NCBI GenBank assembly: GCA_051294375.1
Contig: CM119263.1
Coordinates: 20,178,115 to 20,242,114, forward strand
Origin: Paraspadella gotoi
Taxonomy: Eukaryota; Animalia; Chaetognatha
Direction: 5' to 3'
Length of the DNA: 64,000 bases
Shown piece by piece: positions 12,583 to 26,903 of this stretch (within the stretch, counting starts at the first letter, position 1; every line of letters begins with the position of its first letter). The position numbers were made by a program, and so were the translations under genes. The notes below the pieces were generated by a model. It did not search any database. It was given only the letters and a program-made list of their open reading frames with translations, and was not told the origin of the DNA.

Positions 12583-13801
12583 TCTCCTTCCCCATAGGGA
12601 ATGGACTTTTAGACTCCCTCTCTTAGCACTTAAGATCTTTTTTTTTCGCCACGTGTTGCAACGTCAGTTTCTCCCTCGTACGAAATCGCTACTTTATTTT
12701 TTCATTGTTGGTGGTTTAATGTTGGAAAGGGAAAATATAAAACAGATAAAAGTTACAAAAAACTTAATCTAAAAACGACATTTCAGGTATTATACCATTT
12801 CTTTCTTTTTTTTTTCTCTTTTTCTTTCTTTCTTCTCTCATCTCTCACTATCTCAGCAACCCAGCATTTTTTTTTGCGCAATCGTCATGAAAAAAACAAA
12901 GCCGATCTCATTCTCGGCGAAGAAAATGTCAAAAACGGCGCAAGAGAGAAACGATGGATGTCAAACGCGGGGGCAAAACAAGACAAAATGAAAATGGGGA
13001 AGAAGTTTTGAATTTGACGGTTTGAAGGACTCGACGATTTTCTCCCGGACAGTCGAAAAGAACTCGACGACGAGCCGGGGCTGGATTTGTTGTTCTCAAA
13101 GCTGTTCCCCCCAAAACCGAGTGGTTGTTTTCCTACATTGAGTGCCAAGAGAGAGAGAGAGAGAGGGAGAGAGAGAGAGAGAGCAGAGAGAGAGAGGAGA
13201 GAAGAGAGAGAGAAGAGAGACGAGGAGAGAGAGGAGAGAGAGAGAGAGATTAGCATGATAGGAGAGAGAGAGTCTGAAACTTCAGGCTGCGGGAGAAAGA
13301 CGGATCGAGAGAAAGAGAGAACAGGTTTTCTACTTTAAAGCGCATCTTCGACACTGAGATCGGAAAAAAAAGGCGACGAGAACCTCATTACGCTCCCTCA
13401 TTGGTCGGCTCCATTTAATAAATTTTCCTAATTGGACGAAATCCCCGGGCAACGCGGTCTTCGTAATTCCCGATCATCGCGATTTTCCCCCTTCAGCCTT
13501 TTATTAGGCGGACGAGACGGTTACAACGCTTTTTATTACGCGTAGAAAAAAGAAAGAAAAAAGAAAAAAGAAAAAGAAACTGCGACGAAGAAGAGGAAAA
13601 GGGTTTCACCCCCTCGAGTTTTTTTAAGTGAACGACCCCTTCGATTCCGGAAGGGGGTTTTTCTTTGGTTAGGGTGATGCGATTCCTCAACAATATCGAT
13701 CCATTCGGCCTGCGATATATTCGCCCTCCGTGTCAAATCCGAGGATCAGAAACAACTTGAACTTCTTCCCTCTTAAAAACTCCCGGGGAGAGAGACGGAC
13801 G

Positions 13802-13900
<99 letters not shown>

Positions 13901-14855
13901 CCGTAGCAACGAAAAAAAAGGTGAGCCGTGATTTTGAAGATTCGATTTTTTCAAGGTGAGGAAATGCTCGACTTAATGATTCACTGGCGAATCACTGAGC
14001 GAAAAAACGCCTCTGTACTTTGCCTGCCTCCTCTTTTTTTTGTTATACAAATCAAGGATCACAGAAGAGAGAGAATGAATCATCTCGTTAGGAAATAATG
14101 GGATTTAACATTGACTGTTGAGGTTATCTTTCAAAAGTTGAATGCGAAATAAAACTATAAAAATATAATCGAATTATCTGTAATGTCACATAGTTTTAGG
14201 CTAAAATTCTTGTGATCGATCAATTTAACAGACGGTGTCAAATTTTACGGAAAATGAGGAATGATTACACGAGAATTTATTGAAAAATATTCCGCTTGGT
14301 ATATTTCACAGCCAATATAAATAATTAATATTATTCAAAATCCAATCATTTTTCCTCTAACTTAATTAAAATTAAAATTAAAAATTAAAACTACGCAAGT
14401 TTAAAAGTTAAAAAAACCTTTATGAATTTTAAAATTACAAATTAATTTACAATTAAAGATCCCATTGCGGCAACTTTTTATTTATACATATGCCATGTCA
14501 TTTGTTTTTGTTACCTTCCATTCTCCTAGAGATCGTCCTAGGAAACATTAGAAGAAATTAGATAAAATAAACAAAAGACAATTCAAATTTTAATCATATT
14601 TTCAAAACGTTAATAATTTTTTTTTAGATTTAACAGATATTAAAAAAGTTCCATATATTTCAATTCTAATTTAAAGGGTTTTTTTTATCCTTTTCTCCTC
14701 TTCTCACATACGTAGTTTTCAAATGCATATATTCGTCAGGAAAACTATTATTATTAATATATGCAAAAAATCCACGTATTAATAGCCTCTACACTCTGAT
14801 CGTGACGAAAATCATAACCACAGAACCAAATAATGAAAAAAAAATCAGAAAAAGA

Positions 14856-17800
14856 ATGATGTTTGGAAAACAAACAGGAGCGGGAAGAGGAAAAGTCAGT
14901 AAAATCCAGAAATCGTATTTGGGTCTGCCTCCAAATTCGGGCCGGACCTCAACTTTTGCGCTCCTCCTTCTTTCCTTCCTTCTTTTCCTCTCAGTTTTCG
15001 ATATAAATAGAAAAAAAAATTCGCTTCCTTCTCCGACGGCGCAACACGCGATCTCTTTCGGGCCGACGGTGACCGCGGACACTCTGCCGCGGTCGTAGGA
15101 AAAAGGTACGGCACCCGGTTGGACGAATCGGAAATTAATTCGAGATGTCGTCAGAAAACGTAACTATATAGGTAGATTATAGACTTATCTATTTTCTTTG
15201 CTTCAGCTGCTAAATTTTGAAGAAATAGTTTTTAAAAAATAGTTTTGGGAAAAAAACAGATCATTAATATATATTTCTTATATCTCCAAAACTATTTTAC
15301 GTATTTTTGTCTCGATTTAATTGTTAGGTACAATGTTTTTTCATTAATAGAACTTTACGATTTCGCCGAAGGTTGGACAGGGTGCGCAACCGAATATCGG
15401 AGACGAAGAAGACAACGAAAACGACTACGACAACGACGACGGCACTAAAATAAAAATTCTTTTTCCTCCAAATAATAAAAATCTACATAAAGAATTTCTA
15501 TCAAAAACATATATTGTTTCAACCTTGTAGAATAAAAAAAGGTACAATGACCGATTTTTGGTCTGGAACGGGAACCGGCAACTGACAATGATGAAGTGGA
15601 GTATGACAGAGAAAACAATAATGATGTAAAATTATATAAAACCGTCGAAAAATTAGTTTTTTTTCTGAAAAGAGAATTTTTACCGCGAGTTCAATCTAGA
15701 AAGTTCAAAAGATTGACTCGTAGTATCGGAATTCTTTTTTTCGCAATATTCTCAGCAGAAAAAGAAAGTATTATATAATCTTATCTAATATCTATGATCT
15801 TAGCTATTATATAGTAATCTTATGGTTTCGATGTTTCCCGGATATCATTCTCAATAATCAAATTCTTTTTTAAAACTCATCAATTATTGTACAAAAACGA
15901 ACAAACAATCAAAATTTCTAATTTCTAAAAAATTTCACTCAATTTCCAGTGGGGTGAAATAACGCATTTGTTACTTTGAAACCCATTGAGTAAAATCGGT
16001 CTGACCCCAAGCTATTCGAGAGACCTTGAAAAAAAAAATTATATAAAATATTTTTTTAGCGCGATAATATAATTTGGACGTGGGTTGCGTGTCCCTTCGG
16101 GAAGTGGGGCCTGTCATCGTGCGTACGATTCTAGGCCCGAGATTGGCTCATAACGCAGACAACGTTGGCAACGCTCGAAAAAAAAAAGACATTTCCAGAC
16201 TATTACAATCCTGTTTCCGTCCTGCTCAGGAATTCGAAAAAAAAAAGTCGAAAAAAATGTGGTTGGAGAAACCAAGGAAACAAAGGAGCATCTCTCACCG
16301 TCGAAACGTCAACGACACTGAATGATACTCCGAACGTTCATGTGAGACCCTTGTTGGACTCTATTTTATTTGTTTGGTTTTTTGATTTTTCATTTAGAAT
16401 AAATATCTAGGAAAGACTAAATATCGTTGTAAAGAGGACGTGGCAAAAATATTCATTTTTTAAAAGTTTTCACGTTTAGAAGTAATATTAAAATGATAAA
16501 AGTGGAAGGTCATACTGTGAGAATTTTTTTTTTTTTTAGATTCCTGAACCTTTTCCCTTTTTTCGCGACGGATTCCATCGGCGAAAAGAGATCTTCCTTT
16601 AAAAAGGAAGCCGAGGGTAAAAAAATCCACGGTGAGTCATTAATTTAATGTATGATAATTCTATGTAATATTATTATCATTGCATTGCATTTTAGAAGCT
16701 CTAATAATGACACAAAGCGAACATATGAAACCGAACTATTGAAAAAAATAAATTAATTCCTGTAAACATCGCGTGCCACAAACAACACAACTTAAAAAAG
16801 TTTTAGAATCTAATCGGACTTTGAGGTCAGAGAAGTGACCTCTGGGCGTTAGTTTTTTTCCCCATCAAAAATATTGGTCTGGAGAAAATTCAATTCGGTT
16901 CCCGAGACATTTGTACTTTGAAGCTAATTAACATATTCTAGTTGGTTTATTTTTTTAATAACGTTTCAGTAACGATTAATTTTTATACACTTATAGTTTT
17001 ATGACATATTTGAATAAAGAAAAATAAAACTGGTTAAAAAAACTGTAAATGATAAACTGTAAAAGATTAATGAATAAATGAATGCCTGAAGTCTGTTTAC
17101 GCCTCGTTTTGTCCATCTTTACTCGTTTATATATTTTCATTAATAATAATAATTAATTAATATTTCATTATTTATTTTTCAATCAGGAGAATCATCCTCT
17201 TCTTCGAGAATTCGGGATGCGACCGAAAAGATTCGGGAGAACGGTGACAATGACTCGGAGGAGGGGGAAGAGGAAGAGGAGGAGGAAGAGGGAGAGGCCA
17301 AGGTGAATCATTGCATTGAAATTGAAATTTGTGATTGATACAGGGTGTTATTTTCTCTATGGTTCTTACAGGAAAGTATCAATAGAATTATGAGCATATG
17401 TATTCTTCATTATAGTCTACAGTCAAAAAAATCTGAACATGATTAAACTAAATAACGATGTCATAAACTTTCGGCCAAAAGAGATTTTGTTGTTTATTCC
17501 ACATCGATGATGGAAAAGAGTGGAGATGACAAGACGATGACATGTGCTACAACTGTAAAGAGAAAAGATATATTTAGGAAGGAAGATGCCTGCAGAGTCG
17601 CCGACTCCTTTCCCTCTTCGGTGGAATATTCTCCTTTTGTGGGATGGTTTTATGAAATCCCAGGGAAGAAAGGAAATAAATAGCATCTCTGGGGCGGCGT
17701 CGGGGCGCGGCGGGCATAAATTTCATCTTTTTTTTTGCTGGAATTATTTTGAATTAGCTTGATTTACGTAGCTTTTAAATAAAAATAGCAACGACATCGT

Positions 17801-20800
17801 TTTTACTATTGCTGATTTAACGTTAGATTATGGAATATCTGGAGACGTTTTTTTAAAAATCCTATTTCTGAAAAAAACATCCGTATATATTTATTCTTTT
17901 GATGGCTAAGTTAGACCTTGTTTGCTGTACTTTCAGGCTGACGGAGACCTTCAACTCAATGCACTTCTGGGAAAGCTTCAGGTCGACCCCTCCAAAATTC
18001 CCAGAGACAGTTTTCTCGCAAAGATCCAGGTAAGAAGGAAACTTTGAAGTAAGTATACTTAATTATTCAATTATAATTTTTCTTTGAAGAATTGAACAAA
18101 TAAAACGTGCATATAATGTTAAAATCCTTTTCATGGAAAAGTTTAGCGAGTTAGTGAGTGGAATGAACGCCCTCTTCAAGAAATTAACGATTTTCCTTTC
18201 CATCGAATTTCTATTATTTTTTTCCCGTCATTGTTGTAAGTCAGTTTTTTTCTTTATAACTGAATATGAAAAAGTGGAAAAAGATTTCTGAAACAAGAGA
18301 GGGGAACATGAGATTTGGCGATAATGGATTTTGCTTCTTAGTTGAAAAAGGAGAAAAAAAAGTAGAGCAAAATCGAGACTGGAGAGAGAAAAAGGCTGTT
18401 GACCCCGATCTCGGTAAATGTCGGAGTAGGGGAAAAAAAAACCGCAAGAAAACCAAGCTCTCGATCGATTGAGTCGGAGTCTAAAGGATTTTAATGATCC
18501 AAATTGTCTCCTTCAAGATTATTAGCGCATCTTATCATTTCTTTGACTTTTTAATTCCAATTTTCGTTTTAAATTTTCCCCGGCTCCGCAGAAGAAGATG
18601 AAGAAGAAGAAGGAAGTGGAGGCGGCGGCGGAGAAGGAGAAAGTGGAAGAAGATGACGAGGATTCCATCTATTTCAAGATCGACGATAGTAAAGCGAGAA
18701 ACGCGCGGCAGAGGGAGTTGGTGAGTGTGAGGCGAAAGGGACGGTGAAGGAAAATGAAAAGTGAGGTTAAATAGGAAGGGAAAAGGAGGAAGAACGAAAA
18801 TTATCGAGAAAAGGTGAGGAAGGATGAGGAAGAGGAGTGAGTAAGAAGAGTAGGAAGATAAGAAAGGTGAGAATAAGGAGGAAGAATTAGGAAAAGTAAT
18901 TTGAAGAAAGGGAGGAAAGAGAAGGAAATAAGGAAAGTAGTGTGACAAGCGAGGAAAGAATAGGAAAAGAGTATGGCCCAAGCTGGACCGGTTCGGGTAT
19001 GGATGAAAAAAATAATTAACTATGCAAGCTGCTAATTTATTTCTTTAAAAAATAGTCCTTTATTTTTGTCATTTCAATCGTTATCTTTCTCAGAAAATGG
19101 CAAAGGTGAGCTTTTTAAAGTTTCTTTTTTAAGATTGACCCGTGTCATTGTTATTTTCGTTAATATGTTATGATCGATGACTTAACTCATGGAGGCTGAT
19201 ATTGTTCGTCGATTGAATAAAGTAAGACGGATTGATAGATGGATCGATCGATTTTCAGGAGCGGTCGACCAGCCTGCTCGGAGTTGATCCTCGTCTGTTA
19301 GCGGAGGCGACGAAGATGGCGCTGCGACTCCCGAAGGAGGTGAAACTAATGTTAATGCGTAAATATTCAATTTCAATTAAAGTCTCAGGCGAAGATCGTT
19401 TTTGTGTTTGTAAAATCATATCATTGAACCTACAATTTATAATTCAAAACAATAATTGACATAATGAAAACCGTGAGAGGTTGAAAGAGGGATCTGTGAA
19501 GTTGGATCAAGCCCTCTGAGCTGAACAACGAACCCATAAAAACAACAACAACGACAACAACGACAACCCCCGAACCTTCAAGGTATTCGAGGATTGGATG
19601 GACGAGGAAGAGTCGGAGGCGAAACGAGTCTGGGAGTTGAAGTTCCCCGTCCTCAGAGGAAACGCCAAGAAGAGGAAGAGGAAGAAGAAGAAGGAGGATG
19701 AGGAGGACGCTGCGGAGGCGATGGAGGATTCAGACGTGCCGAGCGACGAGGAAGTTGAGGAAGACGACGGACTCAACGAGGAGGAGAGGTGAGGGAAGAG
19801 AGAGGGATGGTGGAGGGCTTTGTTTACGGAACTGTGAGGACTTCCTATCTCTCGCGATCTTAGATCCAAACTTTGCCCTCTCATAAATAACTAAAGATTT
19901 AAACTTTATAATTACTAATTATTGATTAGCAATTCTGTTGCCGATTACCAATACGCAATTTGCTGACCCCCTAAACTCTCTCCCGTCAAGAAAAGAGGAG
20001 GAGGAGGCAGAGATGGCGCTGAAGCTGCTGAAAAAGTCTAAGCAGCGCCGCCTGCTGGAAGAAGTGAAGAAGACGGCGCTTGGGGTCGGACAAGAATCGA
20101 GTTGGAAGGGAAAAGGAAAGGCAATGGAGGACGCCGTCATCGATCCAGACGAATTTCTTTTCAAGGAGAAAAAGGTTTGATTGGTTTTGATTGATTTCGC
20201 TGATTGATTTAATTACATTAGTTCAATTGAATTGATCTCGTTTGCTGCTCAGTTACATTTGCCTGAGTGTCGTTGCAATCACAGGAAGTATAATTAGTGA
20301 TGTCAGTAAATGAGGTTTACTTTGAGTTCAAAAAAGTTTTTTTTTTCAAGATATTTCGCCATTTTCACATTTCTCTGATGATTTTTATGTGACATAGAAT
20401 ATTTTTTTATGAGCTCACGAACTGCCTATAAATATTATATTTTAGTATGTTATTATTATTATATTTAGTTTATTAACGATTTAACATCTTTTAACGATTT
20501 CCAAGACGACCGAGAAGTCCAAGGGTCGGAAGTCGTCGGCGATGGAGACGGACGACACTCTGATCGACCTCTACCGACGAGGAGTCTTGTTCGACGCTGT
20601 CCAACGGAATCCCAACACTTTCTTCGTCTACAGCGGCGACGTCTCCGAAGCCAAGAAAGATCCCGTCCTTAATCTCGCCCTCAGAAAGGTGGGGAGAAGA
20701 GAACGGTGTGTGTTTTGGGTTTATGAAGGATTCTGTTCATAAACTTGGTTTCCATAGTATCCAAAAGGGTTTATACATGTTTAATCACGAATGGCAGATA

Positions 20801-22951
20801 AATTTTGAACTGCAAAACGTTCCCAATTTATCAGATATCTTGTTATTGTCTACATATAAACGACAACATATAGGAATACTACAACTAGGACGACGACATT
20901 ACTTGAAAAATTTCAGATCGAGAAGCGACGCCAGTCTTTGTACATCGAGAGCCTGCCACCCATCGGAACGCCCGGCGCTCAATTCAACGCTAACGGTATG
21001 CCGGTCAAACCCGGCGAGGGTTCGGCGGCCCACTCTCCACCGAACTCGGACCCCTTCAGATCGGCTGCAGCCATGTTGTCCCGGCAGCCGCAGAACCAAA
21101 ACTCTGATTGGAGCTCAGTCTCTCAGCTCAAAGACACGATCAACTCCAAGCCGCTCGTTATGCTCAAAGCGGAAGAGATAGTTAACTACAAACAGGTGAA
21201 AGATCGTTTCCCACAGGAAAAAACAAATTTAGTCCCCGAATCAAATCGTAGTTCTTTCTTTCATCATCTTCAAAGACTCTCTCCCGAGTGGACGGTTTCC
21301 TCCGACGAATCGACGCATTCGAAGTAGCCCGCGACCGAATCCAACGTTTCGGCGCCGGTGGCAGCACCGACGCCGCGACCCCCTCCGCCGCCGGAACCTC
21401 CTCTGCAACTGCCGAAGCTACCCCGCAGCCGGTTAATCGTTGGAGCGGCGCCATCCGATCGAGGGTGGCGCCATTGGTCATCACCGCGGAGGAGCAGCAC
21501 CTGCTGAAGGTGAAAATGGGAATTTTCCAATGTAGAAAACTGGTTCTTAGCTTCTCTATACTTAACAGAACGCATTGAACTTTCTTCCCAATTTTCGGCG
21601 CGCAGGTTCTTAAAGATACGAAAGATAAGAGAACCAAAACGCTCGACATTCTCTACCAATGGCGCAGCAAAGTCAAAGAGCGAAAGACTCGCCTCCGTCT
21701 CGCCAAGATACGCGAGGAGCAAGCCGAGGCGGCCGAGGGCGATTCCCGCCGCGCCGCCGCTCTCGGCTCCGTTCTCAGTCAGGCCAACAAAAGTCGATCG
21801 GGCGGTAAACAGGTGGCCAACGGTCGGGCGACCAACGTAGCCTTCAGACGGGCGGCGGCGGACAAGGCGGGCAGGGCGTTGATCGAGGCGTTGCAAGACG
21901 TCGGCGTCGAGAGGACCGAGAACAAGGTGGTAGACAAGAAGCGCGAGAAGGAAGCGGCGACGGAGAGGATCATCAAGTCGGGCATCGGGGTCGACCTTAT
22001 TGGCGCTAAGAAGAGATTGAAGAGCGTGGAGGAAGAGGAAGAGGAGGTGGAGGAGGAGGAAAGGGTTGAGAGAAGGACGTCGAAGGATATAGAGAGAGGG
22101 AAGAGGAGAGAGGAGGTGGAGAAAAGGATGGAGAGAAGGATGTCGAAGGAGATAGAGAGGGAAAAGAGAAGAGAGGAGGAGGAAAGAGAAGAGGGAAGGA
22201 TTGAGAGGGGGAAAGGAAGAGGCGAGAAGAGAGAGAGGAGAAGGAGAAACAAGGATATTTCTATCGTCGTGGAAGAAGCTGACGGTGAGAGGGGGCGAGA
22301 AGGTGCACACTGCACACTGTGCACACTGTACATAGCACATAATCCCGAAGAATAGTTGAATACTGAGAAGTTAGAAGATTAGATGAAGGAGTACCACGAC
22401 CAATGGATTGAGTTAAATATAAGCCTCTTCCTTGCAACTCCTGAGTTTAAAAGTATATACATTTTTTTTAGTTTTGTTTGTAGACTTCATATTAATTTTT
22501 ACTTTCAAAAAATCTAATCTCAAACGCAACGAAATGATAAGTCCGAAAACAATAATAACTCCTAAGTTTAAATTGCAGCAGTTCAGTATTTTAAACAAAC
22601 ACCGGTCAGTTTCTATTTTTTTTAAATTTCCGTAACACTCCTTCAGCTTCCAAATCGACCTCCTCCGAGGAGACGATAAAGATGCCCCGTTTAGACCCCA
22701 CGGCGCGGAACTCGGCGTCGGTGGGTACGTCTCAGGCGTCAACTCCTCATCCGGTATCGACCGGTAATGATTCTCCTCTTTTCCGGCCATCCTCGAACCT
22801 TCCTCGGGCGGCGCGTTTCTCGGCTACAGAGACCGGGGCCCAACTCCGCCGGAACGGGAGTTCGAAACCGGAGAGCGATGGAAAGACGGCGTCGTCGACG
22901 TCGGCTGCGACGACGCCTAAACCAAATCGAACGAAAATTAAAAACAAATGA
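14856..22951 (+). CDS. Uncharacterised charged/coiled-coil protein (~908 aa, 15 exons)
   Basis: Phase-consistent GT-AG exons: 14856-14894, 15011-15105, 16540-16631 (these three are tentative), 17187-17302, 17937-18029, 18592-18720, 19094-19105, 19259-19339, 19583-19788, 19991-20174, 20506-20688, 20917-21195, 21276-21509, 21606-22284 and 22647-22951. The protein is E/K/R-rich with an NLS-like KKRKRKKKK. I do not recognise the family. Confidence 0.75.
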
Positions 22952-25252
22952 CACCGCGTCTCCAAGTCTCACTCGATTTTTTCTGAGAAAGTGTTTTAAA
23001 TAAGATGAAGCGAGAAAAAAAACAAAACAAAAAAGCAAAACAGTCGCCTCTCGGTGTACATAAAATACTGAAAACTATTTCCCCGTCGAATATACGTATT
23101 AACGTGTTTTTGTTTGGTTTGTTTTATTGTATGATCGTATGAGCGTCTCACTATTCTACTCATTTTATTTTCTCAACTCGTTGTTACTTTTTACTTTGAA
23201 GCGATGGAAACGCCTGGAATCAGTGCTGAATCACGGTCGAAAATCATGAATCGTATCCGTAGCCGATCCATCGTTAGTTTTCAATAATATTTATATACTT
23301 GGTTCTTGTTTAACTGTAACTTATTTCGCCATTGAATGTTTTTACCCCGTATCTTTCGTGTAATTAAGTTTTCGATTCAACGGTTTTCTAATTATTTTTA
23401 CTCTAGTTTTGATTTATTCAAAAAGGTAGAATATCTAGGAAGGAATGATGTAGCTACGTTAAATTTCACATTGTAGAGACGGTTTTTTATAAAAGGAGCC
23501 ATAAGCATAAGCATAACATCGTTGTCATTGTTCATCCAGCACAAAGGTTTTCAAGGTTTCAAAACGGAACTTAGATAACAAAATGCTTTCATGGGCAACA
23601 GATGTAGTGAGTAGTGACATAGATGCAGACCTTTTCTTATTAGAAAACAAAGTAACAACGGTTTTTCAACGAAAACTCGACTTGAATAACTCGAATCCTT
23701 TTTTTTTGCTTTTTTGTTTGCTTTTAGAACAAGCAGAACTCGTAGTCGTAAAAGCAAATTGGGATGTTGATATTACATAATACTAGTTGATCAGATTTAA
23801 TTTGACTGCAACCTTTGGAAAACCCAGAGGAAATTTTCTTTGTCGTTAAAAATAATATGGTATCAAGATATTTAGATAATGGATATCTATACTTGTTGAT
23901 TGAAATTGTGACGACATCATTGGATCGTACCCTCAATATTTCAACTCTGTTGTATCAATACGTGACGCCCGCCGAGTCGTGAAGAATCGATCTTTACGAT
24001 CAGAACGGCGTCTTCCACCTTACCAAACGACTTTAATAGTTTTACCAATTTGAAGTCTCAACGATGTCTATTGTATAAATGTCTATATCCAAGTTTATAT
24101 CTATGTCCATGTCACTCCTGAGACAAAATTTATGAACCTGTTCATTGTTCAATGTCTACGACGCTGTTTCGGAAATGGGAATGGTGATTGAATCCTTCCT
24201 CCGCTGGAGACGAGAATCCTTCCAATTGGCTTATTGTCTGCCTTTCATTTGTTATATAATTAATATCTTTCTTTCTGAACAAATCGATCGCTTTTGTTTC
24301 GATTCTCGACTCGAAAAAGAAAAGGAAAATGGCGCACGTGAGCCGATTGTTTAAACGTAATGTTTGTTTGATTATCAGACTACAGTGGAGAACTTTGTAT
24401 CGATTTTTGAGTTAATAATAATTATAAAAAATCGACGAATGAGATACTTAAAATTTAAACGGCGTCCAACCGGTTCTAGGAGTAGAAAGATGAAAAATGA
24501 GATATGATTTTTTTATCTTCGAAACAGGTTTTCTCGCAAATCGGTTTCACACATTATAAAAAAAATTTACACGATGGTTTTTTAATGTTTAGATTCTAAA
24601 TCGGTAACGTTGTATCGTCAAATATGTTTGCCTTTTTTTTCTGAACCTCGGGCCTATGTCTCGTCTTGATATTTCGACCCCACCGGCCACCAACTAACAA
24701 AGATGAGCTTTATGCAATTTTATTTTGACAACAAGAACCTGCTTGCTTTTTGCAGGCGCCCACAAAGCGATAATGTTTTTTTATTCGTTGAGTGGGACCG
24801 GCGAAATCATTCTCACTCTTATATTATTTAGGGCTTTACAGAATACCGTTGGTTTTTAATATCTAAAATTGTTATGGGGATGATTAATTGATTATCGCAT
24901 GATAATCGTATTTGTCAAAGTCGATTATTGTTTGGCGGCAGGTTTAGTGTTTACCTGGCAGGCTGGCAGTAACAAACCAAAGAACTCGCTTTGAGCAACG
25001 TTGCTGAAAATGTATAGACGAAATCGTCCCTCTCTTACTATCATTAAACATTCCTAACTATATTGTTTAGTTTAGTTTAATTCAAATCAACCGATAGAAG
25101 CTATACATCGGGCGAGAATCATTTTTTTGGGTTTCACGTCCGGCGGTGGATTTTTCCCAGATTTCTCAGTCGCGAGAATTTTGAGTATTCGAATTCGCGA
25201 AGAAAAAATCGGCAGAAACGCCTCAGAAGAGGCCGCCCTGGTTTGAAAGGAG

Positions 25253-25292
25253 GTGAGGGAGTGTGAGGGAGTGTGAGGGAGTGTGAGGGAGG
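25253..25292. repeat. 10-bp tandem repeat (GTGAGGGAGT) x ~4
   Basis: Seen directly in the sequence. Confidence 0.9.
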
Positions 25293-26775
25293 GAGGTGAG
25301 TAGTGAGGTTCAGCATCGAAGAGATTAAGGTTCGAGGCTGGGTCGTTTTAACGTTCGACTGGTGCTTCGGAGAAGCTGAGAAACATCGATTTACAAAGGG
25401 ACTAATGGCCAAATGGTTTAACATGATTGATAATAGGCTATGGATCCCCCCCCCTCAAAAAAAATATTAGGTTAACATTATTGACCTGGTGCGAATGAGC
25501 GAACGCTTCACGTTTTATAATTTATCAAAGGTTTGCTCGCCGTTTTTAAAAACAAACAATATTGAAGGGGAAATTGCGCTATGAAATATGAATAAATCGA
25601 ATTAGGTTCTTGTTTTTTTTTCTGAGTACATCTGGCGATTACTACGACGACGATAACGGAGACGACGACGATTGGTCGAAAACGACTTATGAAGTAATTT
25701 CTGAATTATATTTTTTAAAAATTGGCGCCGTTAATTAGTAACGCTTCTTCCCTCATTTGCGCTGAAACTTTTTGAACGAGGAGAAAATCATAACAAGCTT
25801 GATATTGTTAATACAAAAAGTACCGCACTTAAAAACGATCTCTAACTTCATACAAACACTACTATCATTGTATACGTACTGCATGAGTTTCCCGTGCAAT
25901 TTGTTATTTTATTAATAACTTAATTGCTTGACTTTTGAGTCTCTAAGTAAATTTTTCCTAATCTCTTCAGACGCTGAAATAAAAGTCGGGTTTCTCAGTC
26001 TTTTTTTTTTAAACTTTCTTCACTTATTGTAAAAACTAAAAAAAAAGTCGTTATGTGCATCGTCTGAAGAATTCAGACGAAACGTTTAAAAGGTTGAGTA
26101 GAGCGGAGTCGAAGGGCTCATCATTTTTATCATTTTTTGCGTCGCAACTACAACGTGAAGAGTCGTGATGAAGCGACTGGCGTTTTGGCGTGCTGGCGTG
26201 CCGGGGTGCTGGCGTATTGGTGAGAGGGCGCCGATCTTAATGGAGTCCGCTAACCGCTAATCGCCTCTCGCATCAACTCGGACTTTTTTACAATAAATAA
26301 TAATGCGTTTGTGAACGAAATTAGCGGCAAAATTGTTTTTGTTTTTTTGTTTTTTTAACTGATGTACAAATTGAACCTGACCGAAAACTATAAAACGAAT
26401 ACAACTTCTAAAATATATTTCAATTGCCTTTTCCTGGTCAAACTTACGTAGATTGCACAATGTACATAAAAATCTCTCGGTATTTCGAACTTTGTATTTA
26501 CTGAAAAAAAGACTTTCTTTCGCTCGCTTTTCACTCCCACCCACACCGCGCATTTTCTGGGACCCAAACAGCTGAAGCAGATAAATTCTCTGAAAGAAAA
26601 AAATTACTTCTATTTTTATTATTAATATTATTATTCGAATTGTTTGACTTTGTTCGGTTTTCTTCTTTGTCTCTCAAATCGGCCTCGCGCCGACTAGTAT
26701 TTGCTCTTTCGCCAGAGTCAATATTTGAGGCGAACTGATATCGATATTGGGAAGTATATATGACTGGGGGAAGTG

Positions 26776-26903
<128 letters not shown>

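Noticed and set aside
16824-16841. Perfect AGGTCA-n6-TGACCT nuclear-receptor-like inverted repeat
   Set aside because: It is a single intronic occurrence with no supporting context and is plausible by chance.
22303-22327. Three TGCACAC (metal-response-element-like) units
   Set aside because: This is a short intronic tandem duplication far from any promoter.
21270-22340. 356-aa minus-strand ORF
   Set aside because: It is the antisense shadow of purine-rich exons of the plus-strand gene.
26061-26090. CTGAAGA-N8-GAAACGTT, a hammerhead-like string
   Set aside because: There is no stem II or stem I pairing. It is better explained as a simple hairpin, CGTCTGAA-GAA-TTCAGACG.
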